Counted from the first letter of the stretch, positions 9,615 through 19,109 are shown. The stretch: DNA of 64,000 nt from an uncultured delta proteobacterium (GCA_963745025.1 CAVUWD010000010.1:128001-192000); one strand, 5' to 3'. Notes: generated by a model not told the origin, from the letters alone. Program-made: numbers and translations.

Positions 9615-9959
9615 TCACTTGACCGGCTGCGGATGGCACCGGCCGCACGTGTTGATGCTCGACGCAAAGGCGCCCCGCCCGTTGTGGCATACGCCGCACG
9701 CCTTGCCCGCCTTGATCTCGTCCATCTTGATCGGCGGCACATCCTCGGCCTTCATCGGGAAGATCGCCGGGTGACAGACGTTGCAGGTGAAGCGCATGCG
9801 GTGCTGCCAGTGCGAGAACACGCTGATGGGGGCCATCTCGGAAGCTGCCGGTTCTTCCGCCCGCTTGAACGTGATGTCGCCCGGCGCCGCGGCCAGCGCG
9901 ATCCAGGCGCTCGCCAGAACGGCGATCGCGACGGCGAGGTGAAGCCGGATCGGTCTCAT
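9615..9959 (-). CDS. c7-type triheme cytochrome, periplasmic
   Basis: Signal peptide; FSHWQH, CNVCH, CGVCH, CGRCH; start at ATG 9959. Confidence 0.9.
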   Translation of the reverse strand: MRPIRLHLAVAIAVLASAWIALAAAPGDITFKRAEEPAASEMAPISVFSHWQHRMRFTCNVCHPAIFPMKAEDVPPIKMDEIKAGKACGVCHNGRGAFASSINTCGRCHPQPVK

Positions 9960-10621
9960 CCTTTTTTCGCCGGCTCCTTCGTGTGACAGGCCGCGCAGAC
10001 CTTCAAGTCGAGTGCGATCTTTCCCTTGCCGTGGCAGACGCCGCAGTATTTGCCGTCGCCCAACTCGTCCATCGTCATCGTCGTCGCGCCCGCCGTCTTC
10101 GGGAAGATTGCGTCGTGGCAATTGTCGCACGCGAGCCAACGGTCGTGCGTCGCGTGATGGAAGATCACGCCCTCCTCGCCCTTCAGCGGGACCTCGGTGT
10201 CGCGGCTCTCACGGGACGGGGCGCCCGTCTCGAGTGAACGGAGGGGTGCGATCACGTGCTTGTCGACCGCGGCGATCCAGTCGACCGCGGTCTTCGGAGC
10301 CTTCGGCACCGTGAGCTTCGGGAGCGCGGCGAGCGCCTCCTCCCAGGTGTCGAGTTGCTCGATCTCTGGCCGCCCTTCCCGCGGAAACTCGCGGAGCGTC
10401 GGTCCGGCGATCTTCGGCCGCGCCGCGATTTCCGTGCCTGGCGGGGGCTTCTTCGCGGTCTCGGGATGGAGCCATAGCTCGTACGGCGGTACGCCGTCGA
10501 GGAGCGTGCTGAGCACCCGGTGACGGGTCTGCGAGGCGCAGGCGACGAGGAGAGACGCGGCGGCCGCGACGGCGACGGCTGCGGCTTTCCTTCGGCATGT
10601 TCTGGCGAGCAATCGCTTCAC
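9956..10621 (-). CDS. c7-type triheme cytochrome lipoprotein
   Basis: GTG start overlapping upstream TGA; lipobox LLVAC; FHHATH, CDNCH, CGVCH, CAACH. Confidence 0.85.
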   Translation of the reverse strand: MKRLLARTCRRKAAAVAVAAAASLLVACASQTRHRVLSTLLDGVPPYELWLHPETAKKPPPGTEIAARPKIAGPTLREFPREGRPEIEQLDTWEEALAALPKLTVPKAPKTAVDWIAAVDKHVIAPLRSLETGAPSRESRDTEVPLKGEEGVIFHHATHDRWLACDNCHDAIFPKTAGATTMTMDELGDGKYCGVCHGKGKIALDLKVCAACHTKEPAKKG

Positions 10622-12474
10622 GGGTACGAGAGGTTTTCGTGATCCACGCCGTGGCACAGGAGGTTGCAGCTTCCCGAGAACGTCCCGGTGTCGTCGAACG
10701 TGGGGGGGCTCCCGGCGGACCTCCCGAGCACGATCCTCGAGTCGAAGTTGATGAGGTGCGTGTGCGATCCGGTCCGCCCCGGGCCGAGATCGCTGACACC
10801 GTGCGGATCGTGACACGCGGAGCAGGGAGCGCCGGCGGCGAGGTGCCCGCTGTGGCCTCCGCCGGAAGCGGTCGTCCGCGCCGTCTTCCTCTGGAAGCTC
10901 CTGTCGCCGAGGATGCTCGACCGGTTGTGGCAGCGATAGCAGAGAGCGTAGCTGTTGAAGCTCTCCGGAGTGTGGTCGGTAGTCACGTAGCGTTCCCTTA
11001 GGATGGGCGGGAACGCGGAGCCGTGAGGGCCCCGCGAGCCCTGCTCGTCGTCGGCGTGGCAGCTCGTGCAATAGATCATCGTGGAACTGCTCATGCCGGG
11101 CTCGAACTGCGACGGAAGGCTCGGCACGTTCGGCTCCCGGCCGATGTCGACGACCGGATGATACGAGGGGTTGGTGGGGTCGAAGGCGAGGCGCGTGTTC
11201 GTCGTGGGGCGGGCGCGCGGAATGCGATCCATGTCCGGCGCGTTCTCGGCGTGGCACTTGAAACAGACTTCGTACTCGTACGCCGCCTGCTCTAGCGCCG
11301 TACCGTTGCGGTCGACTCCGCTCACCCCGAACAGCATCCCGGAGATATCCGGCGCCTTGGCCTCACGATTGGTGAGGAGATGGGGATCGTGGCAGTCCGT
11401 GCAGGTCACGTCGCGGATGACGCCGCTTTGCGCGCCGACCAAACGTGACGACGTGATCGCGCTGAAGCGATGGCTCTGGCGGTGTGCGGAAGGCTTTTCC
11501 ACCTGGCGGCCGATGTCGACCATTCGCGGCCCGAGACGAGCAACCGGACGAGCCGCGGCCGCTCCCGCGACGGCGTGTGCCGGCGGCGGCCCGGAGCCGT
11601 GACATCCTCCGCTGATGCACGAGAACGGCTCGGGCGGCTCGTCGGTGAAGTTGAGCAACTGTTGCGCCGTGGGCGCGAAGTGGGGCGTGTGGCAGGTTTC
11701 GCATCCCCATTCGTTCAGCTGGGTGTAGGTCGGCCACGTCTTCGGGGGTATCGGCAGGACGCCGACGACGGACGCCGTCGAGGTCGCATGCACCGACGAG
11801 CTCCATTGGTCGATCTGGTGGCAGGCGATGCAGAGCGCGGAGTAGCGGTTGTCCATTCGCAGAAACTTCCCGTACACGTCCTTGTGAGAATCGTGGCAGG
11901 TGATGCAGTGAACCTCGTCCTGCCCTCCGTAAACGAGCTCCACGGGAGGCGACGGAGCCAGCTCATTGCTGGGCAGCGCATTCTGGTACGGAAACGACAC
12001 CGGGTGATGTCCGGAGAGGTCGAGACCGAAGTTCGACAGGCTTGCCGTAGGCAGGAAGCCGCTGCCCGCCATGCCGATTCCTCCTGCCGGGTTCAGTACC
12101 GCGCCCATGGCGATGGTCCCGTCGTGACAGCTGAGGCAAAGCTTGGTCGGGCCCGAGGGCTGGGGAAGCGGACCCGCTCTGAGCGTGGGGCTCGCGTAGA
12201 CCTGGTAGACCCTGGGCTCGAGCGCCCGGTTCCAGAGAGGCGAGCGGGGGGCGGCGTTGTGCGGCGTATGGCAGAAGACGCAGATCCGGGTCTCGGTGAG
12301 CGCACGGATCGGTCCCGGGCCGGACACCGAGAGGTTGTGCTTCGTCATCTGGATGTCGGCGGGCAGGGGCACGGGCACCTGTGCCCCTGCGGTGGACACG
12401 AGGCCGGCGAGGAGCAGCAGCAAGAGTCCGGGGGGCAGCGCTCCGCGCTCAGGACGTGCCACGGCGGTCTTCAT
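10618..12474 (-). CDS. Multiheme cytochrome c (10 CxxCH + CX4CH + CX3CH) with N-terminal OmcE-like domain
   Basis: Signal peptide; KHNLS..ICVFCHTPHNA..PLWNR..LCLSCHDG..HHPVSF..CITCH..LCIACH, then six more CxxCH plus CISGGCH and CNLLCH. Confidence 0.92.
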   Translation of the reverse strand: MKTAVARPERGALPPGLLLLLLAGLVSTAGAQVPVPLPADIQMTKHNLSVSGPGPIRALTETRICVFCHTPHNAAPRSPLWNRALEPRVYQVYASPTLRAGPLPQPSGPTKLCLSCHDGTIAMGAVLNPAGGIGMAGSGFLPTASLSNFGLDLSGHHPVSFPYQNALPSNELAPSPPVELVYGGQDEVHCITCHDSHKDVYGKFLRMDNRYSALCIACHQIDQWSSSVHATSTASVVGVLPIPPKTWPTYTQLNEWGCETCHTPHFAPTAQQLLNFTDEPPEPFSCISGGCHGSGPPPAHAVAGAAAARPVARLGPRMVDIGRQVEKPSAHRQSHRFSAITSSRLVGAQSGVIRDVTCTDCHDPHLLTNREAKAPDISGMLFGVSGVDRNGTALEQAAYEYEVCFKCHAENAPDMDRIPRARPTTNTRLAFDPTNPSYHPVVDIGREPNVPSLPSQFEPGMSSSTMIYCTSCHADDEQGSRGPHGSAFPPILRERYVTTDHTPESFNSYALCYRCHNRSSILGDRSFQRKTARTTASGGGHSGHLAAGAPCSACHDPHGVSDLGPGRTGSHTHLINFDSRIVLGRSAGSPPTFDDTGTFSGSCNLLCHGVDHENLSYP

Positions 12475-13531
12475 ATCCCTCCGTGACGCGGAACACCTGG
12501 ATCCGCGCGTTGTACGTGTCGCAGACGTAGAGAGTGTCCTCCTTGATGAAGGCGCCCGACGGAAGCCAGAACTCGGCGAAGCCGATGCCTCTCTGGCCGA
12601 GCGTCAACAGGAACTCTCCCTTCCGGTCGAACAGCTGAACGTTGTCGAAGAGTCCGTCCACGACGTAGATGACGCCGTCTCGGTCCACGGCGATGCCCTT
12701 CGGCATCGCCAGGTCGCCCGAGCCGTCGCCGTGACGACCGAAGGAGGCGAGCGGCTTTCCGTCCTCGTCGAAGATGCGGACGCGGAAATTGAGCGCATCG
12801 GTCACATAGAGCTCTCCCGCCGGCGATCGGAAGATGTGCGTCGGAAAATTGAGGCCGCTCTCGCCCTCTCCCCGCTCGCCGAACGAGAACGCCGGCTCGC
12901 CGGTCGTCCGGAATGCGTGGACCCGGTTCGCCAGTGTGTCGACGACGTAGACGAGCTTCCGCTGCGGGCTGTACGCGATGCCCGTCGGCCGCTGGAGCGG
13001 CTCCCCCCCGGCCTCGCGAAGGACGAAGCGCACGCCGCCGTCCGCTCCGAACGCGAACACCTTTCCGGCCGAGTCCGAGAGAAAGAGCGTCGACTGCTCG
13101 TCGAAGACCAGTCCCACGGGCGACGTGAGAGCGTCCCGTTCGGAGCCGTACAGACGAACGTAGCGCCGCTCGGCCGGCACGTAGAGATGCACGCATCGCC
13201 GGCCCATGTCGGCGACTGCGATCCGCCCGTCGTCACCAGTCGCGACGGCGACCGGCAGCACGAAAGCATTCCGCGCCGGATCCTCCCTGCCGAAGACGAT
13301 CGCGCTCGCGACCGACCTCGCGTCGGTGTCGGTGGCGAAACCGGTGAGCGACCGGACGTACGTGACCTTTGGAGGGCTCGGCGGAAACGGCCATTGCAGC
13401 GCGCTCGGAGGCTCGGCCGTCCTCATCGCCCACTTCGACGCACAACCGGTGCCGGCTGCCATGAACGCAAGCAGCCACACGGCCGCTCGCCCCGCTCCGT
13501 TTCCGTGATCGCCGTGATTCATGCCGCTCAC
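12449..13531 (-). CDS. NHL-repeat beta-propeller lipoprotein
   Basis: Lipobox-like AGTGC, WPFPPSPPK, repeated PxGIAVD/YVxD..N..VQxF NHL units. Confidence 0.88.
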   Translation of the reverse strand: MSGMNHGDHGNGAGRAAVWLLAFMAAGTGCASKWAMRTAEPPSALQWPFPPSPPKVTYVRSLTGFATDTDARSVASAIVFGREDPARNAFVLPVAVATGDDGRIAVADMGRRCVHLYVPAERRYVRLYGSERDALTSPVGLVFDEQSTLFLSDSAGKVFAFGADGGVRFVLREAGGEPLQRPTGIAYSPQRKLVYVVDTLANRVHAFRTTGEPAFSFGERGEGESGLNFPTHIFRSPAGELYVTDALNFRVRIFDEDGKPLASFGRHGDGSGDLAMPKGIAVDRDGVIYVVDGLFDNVQLFDRKGEFLLTLGQRGIGFAEFWLPSGAFIKEDTLYVCDTYNARIQVFRVTEGYEDRRGTS

Positions 13532-15564
13532 AGGATCCGCCGCCGCAGATGGAGATAGATGTACTGGTTCTCGCGATTGGTCCCGACCGTATTCGTGCCG
13601 CTCGTTTGCGATCCGTACGCGGTCCCGCCCAAAACCAGCTGCAGCTGTCCGGTGGTCCAGCTCAAGAACCCATCTACGCTGTACGCGTCGCCGTCGACCA
13701 GTCCGTTCACCCGGGAATACGATCCGCCGACGTTCAGCGACAGCCCCTCCAGGAAAAGCTGCTGCTGGAGGTATCCCGACGCAGTCACCGTTTCGTCCGT
13801 GAAGGCCCTTCGGTCGGTTTCCGACAGTCCCTGGCTATAATACCTGTTCACATAGGTCAGCGCAGCGTGGACGTCGGTCGTCCGGCCGATCGGGCTCACG
13901 TACTGCAGGTCCGCTCTCCATTGCCGGTAGGGGCTCACGTCCCATTCGAGGTCCTGGAATTCTCCGTCGGCGCGGAGCGGGCCGCGCTGGAGACGGAGTC
14001 CCACCGTGTAGACCGTCGTGTCGGTGAGGTTCCCCGGAAAAGAGCCGGACGTCACGGTGGGACGGACCAGCGCGTAGCTGTAGTAAGGGGTCACCTGGTT
14101 TTCGAAGAGCTCGACGCTGCCGTTCTGCGTGAGGGTGTTGGTGCGAATGTCGAAATTTCCGCCGAGGTTCGAATACGAGACGAGAAAATCGTAGGTCCGC
14201 GGGAGGGCGAACCTCGGCGGCAGCGTGAGCAACCGGATTTCGAAACTGTTCTGCACCGGCACGAGCGTGTAGTGGACGTTCTCGACGAGGGGAACGAGCT
14301 CGAACGGCGGCAACGGCGACTTCAGGAAGACGTCGATGCTTGCGCGATCGACGTTCGGCTGCAGCAGCCGAAAGGATCCTGGCACGAGGACCGCCGAGTG
14401 CGGCTCGTTGATGACGCTCGCCGTGCCGCTGTTGTCGCTGGTTCCCGTTCCGAGGTTCACCCCGGCGAGCAGCCTGCCCCACGGAATCGACTTCGTATAG
14501 TTGACGTCCACCCAGTGGAAGAGCGAGGTCGTCGAGCCGCCCACCGAGTCCCACGAATTGAACTCGAAGTGGTATCCCGAGTCGACGCTCTCGTAGAGCC
14601 GGTGAACGAGGTTTGCCAGGATGTCATTGCCGTGGTTCGTCAGCCGTTGGGACTGTGGAGTCGCCAGGTCGGTGATCGTGGCGTCGTCGTCGCGGTAGCG
14701 GTAGGAAGCGTCGCCGCGGAAGTTCCACGGTAAATACGTGTTCAACAGCTCGTACACGGAAAACTGGTCGCTATTGAAATCCTGCGACGGGCGGCTCTGC
14801 TGCTGATCGAAGGACCTCTTGACCACGCTGGACGTAAGCTGCACGCTCCGCAGGTTCACGAAGTTGCCGAGCACGTATTCGTACGATGTGCCGTTGAGTC
14901 CCAGAGAGTCGCTGAACCAAGTCGGATTGAAGCCGCCGTTGAAGGACAGCTCGTTCCCCGCCGCGGTGCGCAGGAAATACTTGCCATTCACTGCGAGTTG
15001 GTTCACCTCCGAAGACGTAACGCCGTAATCGTTCGACTGGTTCACGAAGTTGGTGCCAAAAAAATACGGCTTCTTGCGGTAATGGAGCTCTACGCCGCGC
15101 CGGTTCTCGATTTGATCGAATTGAGGCGCGGCCTGTTCGGTGAACATCGGCTCGTACCGGTCCGCGAAGACCACCATGTTGTAGAAGTGCTCGGGTAGCA
15201 GAGTGAGCCGCGTTTCGTATTCGGGGCCGGTCCTATGGCGCCAGCCGGTATCAGGCAGGAAGGACGATTGGTAATTCTCCTGTGAGAGGACCCCGCCGAC
15301 GGTGAACCGATACTGCAGGAACTTGGGGTCGTACGAGTAGCCGATCGATCCGACCGAAAGCTTTTCCTTGATGAACGTGTCGGTCCATTCGACGGTGCGT
15401 CCCGCACGGTTCCTATCGCGCTCCCACGACGTAAACACGTCGATCCAGGCGCCGTTGTCCACGGGTGTCGGCACGAACTCCCTCCAGTCGCAGAGCGCGG
15501 ACGACGAGGTCAGCGCCTCGAGCAGGCACAGGCCGATCAGCCGCAGCGCGAGGTATCTACCCAA
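13528..15564 (-). CDS. Large putative outer-membrane beta-barrel protein (porin-cytochrome conduit type)
   Basis: Signal peptide; 678 aa rich in Y/F/W/N/S/G with alternating beta-strand pattern; between NHL genes in a cytochrome operon. Confidence 0.7.
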   Translation of the reverse strand: MGRYLALRLIGLCLLEALTSSSALCDWREFVPTPVDNGAWIDVFTSWERDRNRAGRTVEWTDTFIKEKLSVGSIGYSYDPKFLQYRFTVGGVLSQENYQSSFLPDTGWRHRTGPEYETRLTLLPEHFYNMVVFADRYEPMFTEQAAPQFDQIENRRGVELHYRKKPYFFGTNFVNQSNDYGVTSSEVNQLAVNGKYFLRTAAGNELSFNGGFNPTWFSDSLGLNGTSYEYVLGNFVNLRSVQLTSSVVKRSFDQQQSRPSQDFNSDQFSVYELLNTYLPWNFRGDASYRYRDDDATITDLATPQSQRLTNHGNDILANLVHRLYESVDSGYHFEFNSWDSVGGSTTSLFHWVDVNYTKSIPWGRLLAGVNLGTGTSDNSGTASVINEPHSAVLVPGSFRLLQPNVDRASIDVFLKSPLPPFELVPLVENVHYTLVPVQNSFEIRLLTLPPRFALPRTYDFLVSYSNLGGNFDIRTNTLTQNGSVELFENQVTPYYSYALVRPTVTSGSFPGNLTDTTVYTVGLRLQRGPLRADGEFQDLEWDVSPYRQWRADLQYVSPIGRTTDVHAALTYVNRYYSQGLSETDRRAFTDETVTASGYLQQQLFLEGLSLNVGGSYSRVNGLVDGDAYSVDGFLSWTTGQLQLVLGGTAYGSQTSGTNTVGTNRENQYIYLHLRRRIL

Positions 15565-15570
15565 GGGCGT

Positions 15571-16707
15571 TTACCGGGGCTTCGGCGTCTTGTATTTCTC
15601 CTGGATGAGCTCCAGCAGCTCCGCCTCGGTGGGATACGTCTTTCCCTTCTCCTTGCCGTACGCCAGGACGCTCACCGGGTGGTCGCCGACCTGGCTCGTC
15701 ACCAGGACGAGATAAGCGGCCTCGAATTTCGGGTCGACGAAGGACTGGAAATACCGCAGGTTGTCATAATCGATCGCGACCTTCGCGGGGAGCAGCAGGG
15801 CGCCGGGCGCATCTTCTTCCGTCGGCGTCCCCCCGAAGAAAAGCAGCAGTTGCCCATCGGGATTGAAGACCTGGACGTTGTTGAAGGCCGCATCGACGGC
15901 GTACACATGGCCTTCGCGGTCCACCGCGATGCCCTTCGGCCGTGTGAAGTGTCCGAGGTTGTCGCCGGGCTTTCCGATCGCCGCCTTGAAGCGGCCCTCG
16001 CGATCGAACTCGACTACCTGGAACCTGCCGATGTCCGCGACGTAGAGCATGCCTTCGGTATCGATCGCGAGGTTGGTCGGCCGGTCGAGCCGCTCCGCCG
16101 GCTCTCCCTTGTCGCCGATGGTCCTCACGGTCTCGCCGCTCTGCCGATCGAGGACGTGGACCAGACCGTTGACGATGTCGGCGACGTAGATCTCGTTCCC
16201 GAACGGAACTACGTCCACCGGTCTCCAGGGGCGGTCAGGCGTGCCGTAGGCTTTCAGGTACGCGTCGTTCGGGTCGAACACGACGACCTGGCCGCGGACC
16301 GAGTCCGCGACGTACTTGTTGCCCTCGGCGTCGATACTGATGTTGATCGGCTGGCGGAGCGCTCCGAGACCGGTCGCCCCCTTCAGCGGCTCGAACGTCT
16401 TGTGCTCGAGGTCGAAGACGACGACCGTATTGTTGGTGTCGCAGACGTAGATCTTGCCCTGGTGGATGGCGACGCCATAGGGCTTGTCCACCCGAACATC
16501 CTGCTTCTCCCCGACCACGAACCGGTTGAACACGGATTGCGTCTCGATGTCCTTCCGCCCGCGAAACGACGTCAGGTATTGAATGCGCGGAAGCTCCGGA
16601 GGCGGCGGGAAAAAGGCGATCTTCCTCTCCACGACGACGGCCGGCGCGCAACCCGCCAGGAAGGAGAGAAGCACTCCAGATGCCGTCTTCCTGAGACGAT
16701 TCGTCAT
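15571..16707 (-). CDS. NHL-repeat beta-propeller lipoprotein
   Basis: Lipobox FLAGC, FFPPPPELPRIQYL, NHL repeats (KPYGVAI, RPTNLAID, RPKGIAVD). Confidence 0.88.
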   Translation of the reverse strand: MTNRLRKTASGVLLSFLAGCAPAVVVERKIAFFPPPPELPRIQYLTSFRGRKDIETQSVFNRFVVGEKQDVRVDKPYGVAIHQGKIYVCDTNNTVVVFDLEHKTFEPLKGATGLGALRQPINISIDAEGNKYVADSVRGQVVVFDPNDAYLKAYGTPDRPWRPVDVVPFGNEIYVADIVNGLVHVLDRQSGETVRTIGDKGEPAERLDRPTNLAIDTEGMLYVADIGRFQVVEFDREGRFKAAIGKPGDNLGHFTRPKGIAVDREGHVYAVDAAFNNVQVFNPDGQLLLFFGGTPTEEDAPGALLLPAKVAIDYDNLRYFQSFVDPKFEAAYLVLVTSQVGDHPVSVLAYGKEKGKTYPTEAELLELIQEKYKTPKPR

Positions 16708-16749
16708 GGCGACACGCTCCAGCCAAGCGCAGCTCCGAGACGAACCGGT

Positions 16750-17079
16750 CTTGGAGTGTGCTCCGTCAACTTCTCGGTGAAGTGGTGATCGTTGAAGTTC
16801 GTCGAGCGCAGCTTCACGATCCGCTCGCGAATCTCGTCTTCAAGCCGGCGCGCCGGAGCGCGTCCGGTATTGCCGTGCACCAGCGCCGCCCGCCCGCGCT
16901 CTTCCAAGGTGCGTCGCACACGCCGTACCTGCCGCTCGATCAACCACGAAGCCGCGTCATCTTCAGCCGCCGCCGCTTCAGCCGCTCCACCGCGTCGCGC
17001 CGCTTCTACTGACTCTCGCTCATCGTGTCCATCCCTTCATTCTCGCCGAGAGGGCGGACATTTCACTGACTGCAATACA
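16750..17079 (-). mobile_element. Degenerate IS1202/ISNCY-type insertion sequence remnant (left end + transposase N-terminus)
   Basis: RQVRRVRRTLEERGRAALVHGNTGRAP...NDHHFTEKL HTH fragment with upstream stop and frameshift; end TGTATTGCAGTCAGTGAAATGTCC read from 17079. Confidence 0.7.
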
Positions 17080-17139
17080 AGCGCTGCCCTCTCCGTTGCG
17101 GCTCCGCGCGGCCGGCTGCGGTGATCGAGGCGGCGCCCC

Positions 17140-17336
17140 TAACCTTGATCCGAAATTCCTAACCCGCTTCCCCGATCCGAAATCCGCGCGGGTCCTGTCG
17201 TCAGCGTAGCCCGCGCGGTGCTCGCTGGCGGCCCCACCGCGCCGCTCCACTGCCCCGCGACTTCGCGCCCGATTCGCTGCGCGCCGCGCGGGCGCCCACG
17301 CCGACGCCACCCGCACGAATTTCGAATCGGGGCTCA
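17140..17336. repeat. MITE-like element A with imperfect terminal inverted repeats
   Basis: Starts TAACCTTGATCCGAAATTCC, ends GAATTTCGAATCGGGGCTCA; 17252-17336 recurs inverted at ~26952-27035. Confidence 0.55.
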
Positions 17337-17356
17337 TGGCCTCTACGCCGCCGCTT

Positions 17357-17492
17357 GCCGCGTCGCGAGCGCCAGGTCTACCACGATGCCGTCTTTTGGG
17401 GCATGGAAGGCTTCGAGAAAGAAGCTCGTGGCGGACAAGCCAGGCGCGAGCCCGCCGCGTTCAAGTCACAGAAGAATTTCGCATCGAGGCTA
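17357..17492. repeat. Dispersed repeat B, copy 1 (~136 bp)
   Basis: Closely similar to 49124-49259 (GAGCGCCAGGTCTACC..GATGCCGTCTTTTGGGG..GGAAGGCTTCGAGAAAGAAGCTCGTG..ATCGAGGCTA). Confidence 0.85.
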
Positions 17493-17659
17493 GGAAGAAG
17501 CTCCTCATCGCCATGGCCCGAAAGGTGATCGCGTTGGACTTCAAAGAGCTCGAGGCGATGATGGCACTCGGCATCGCCACGCTCATCGCAGCGCTCGCCG
17601 CGCGCTACTATCTGATGAAGCGCGCGGGCGCCGCCCCACGTAGCTCTCTGCTCGATTGA
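17493..17659 (+). pseudogene. C-terminal fragment of a PsiE-family membrane protein
   Basis: LLIAMARKVIALDFKEL..LGIATLIAALAARYYLMKR; 5' part replaced by repeat B. Confidence 0.5.
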
Positions 17660-17678
17660 GGAGTCGGCCGGGGCCGCC

Positions 17679-18101
17679 ATGCCGCCGTTACGCGCCGGAT
17701 CGCTCTGGCTCTACGTACATCCCGTCCTGGCATTGGTCGGCATCGGGCTACTGCTGTACGCCGCCAGCCTCGGTCTGGCCACCCGGCAGCGGCGGCGCGC
17801 CAAGGCAGCGCTTCTTCGCCGCCACGCCCGCCTCGGACCATACGCCTACGCCCTCATCGTCCTGAGCTGGGTGCTCGGGTTGGGGTCAGCTTGGTGGGGG
17901 CGCAGCGACCTCGAGTTGGCGGCGAGCGGTCATTTCAAAGCCGGCTGTTATCTCGTGCTACTGCTCAGCGCCACGGCGCTGCTGTCGCGGTGGATGGATC
18001 GCGTGCCCGGCGGCCGAACCATCCATCCGCTCCTCGGCGCGGCGGCGGCGTTGCTGGCCGGGTTCCAAATCTTCCTCGGCCTCCAGCTCATGCCGAAGTA
18101 G
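17679..18101 (+). CDS. DUF4079-like 4-TM membrane protein with His residues
   Basis: YVHP, RRHARLG, SGHFKAG, TIHPLLG in four helices (cytochrome b561-like pattern). Confidence 0.6.
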   Translation: MPPLRAGSLWLYVHPVLALVGIGLLLYAASLGLATRQRRRAKAALLRRHARLGPYAYALIVLSWVLGLGSAWWGRSDLELAASGHFKAGCYLVLLLSATALLSRWMDRVPGGRTIHPLLGAAAALLAGFQIFLGLQLMPK

Positions 18102-18330
18102 TGGCCATTGTCGCGGCGGGCTACCCGACGGGCACGAGCCCAGCTCGTCACGAAATCAATTGCTGGAGTGCTGGAGAACCGGCGGCAATGCGAGGATGGG
18201 AGGATCAGCAGAACGGCCTTGGCCGGGCCGCCGCTCGCACCCCCCGAGAAGACGTGGGCCGGGAGCTATACAATTGCCCCACGTCGACTCGGGTCGGTGC
18301 TCATCAGCGCAAATCAGTCGATGGGAATCC

Positions 18331-18759
18331 TCACTTCTTCAACGTTCGCATGTAATTGACGACGTCCCACATCTCTGTCGGCTCCATGAGCTTCTTGCCC
18401 GCAGGCATAGGCTTCTTCCCCTCCGCGATCTTCCAGTAGAGCTCGCCGTCGCTCTGCTTGACGATCGACGGATCCGTGAGGACCTTCATCCGATCCTTCT
18501 CTTCCTTCTTCATCTCGGCCACCTTCTTGCCGTCGCTCTGGCCGTTGGCCCCGTGACAATCCGTGCATTGGGCGTCGTACGCCTCCTTGCCGGCCGCGAG
18601 AGACTCCTCGTTCGTCGCTTGGGGGTTCTTTTTCTGAGCCTCGGCGGCGGGCGCGGTCCACTCTTTCTCCGCGGCGATGATCAGCGAAGCGCCGAAGGCG
18701 GTGGTTCCGACGATCGTCAGGATGGCCAGCCAACTCTGTTGACGAATAGATCTCACCAT
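18331..18759 (-). CDS. Monoheme cytochrome c
   Basis: Signal peptide, KKNP, CTDCH, SDGELYWKI..KPMPA (Met ligand). Confidence 0.9.
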   Translation of the reverse strand: MVRSIRQQSWLAILTIVGTTAFGASLIIAAEKEWTAPAAEAQKKNPQATNEESLAAGKEAYDAQCTDCHGANGQSDGKKVAEMKKEEKDRMKVLTDPSIVKQSDGELYWKIAEGKKPMPAGKKLMEPTEMWDVVNYMRTLKK

Positions 18760-19109
18760 TTCTTCTTCCTTTCAGGTTGCCAATCGTTGGACGATGACGC
18801 GCGAATCTCGTCTCCTCGATCGAACCGGCGGAGGACGCGCCCGCGCGAAATTGTCGCGGCCGGTCAAGTAGCCGTTCAGCGTAGACTCTTTTCTTCGCGA
18901 ACCGTCTGCCACATCGCACTCCGCGCAGATGCAAGAGCCGTGCGTGATATGGGCCACTCTCGTAGCAACGATGATTGCGGCATTCAAGGTTGAGAAAACG
19001 AACGGAGCTTCTTAGATCCGGGAATTTGCGTCCTCCGATTTTCCCGAAGAGCGGAACCAAGGGGAACCTCCGCCACGTTGTTTCGTGTTCGGACGCGCGA
19101 AGCTGGCGG

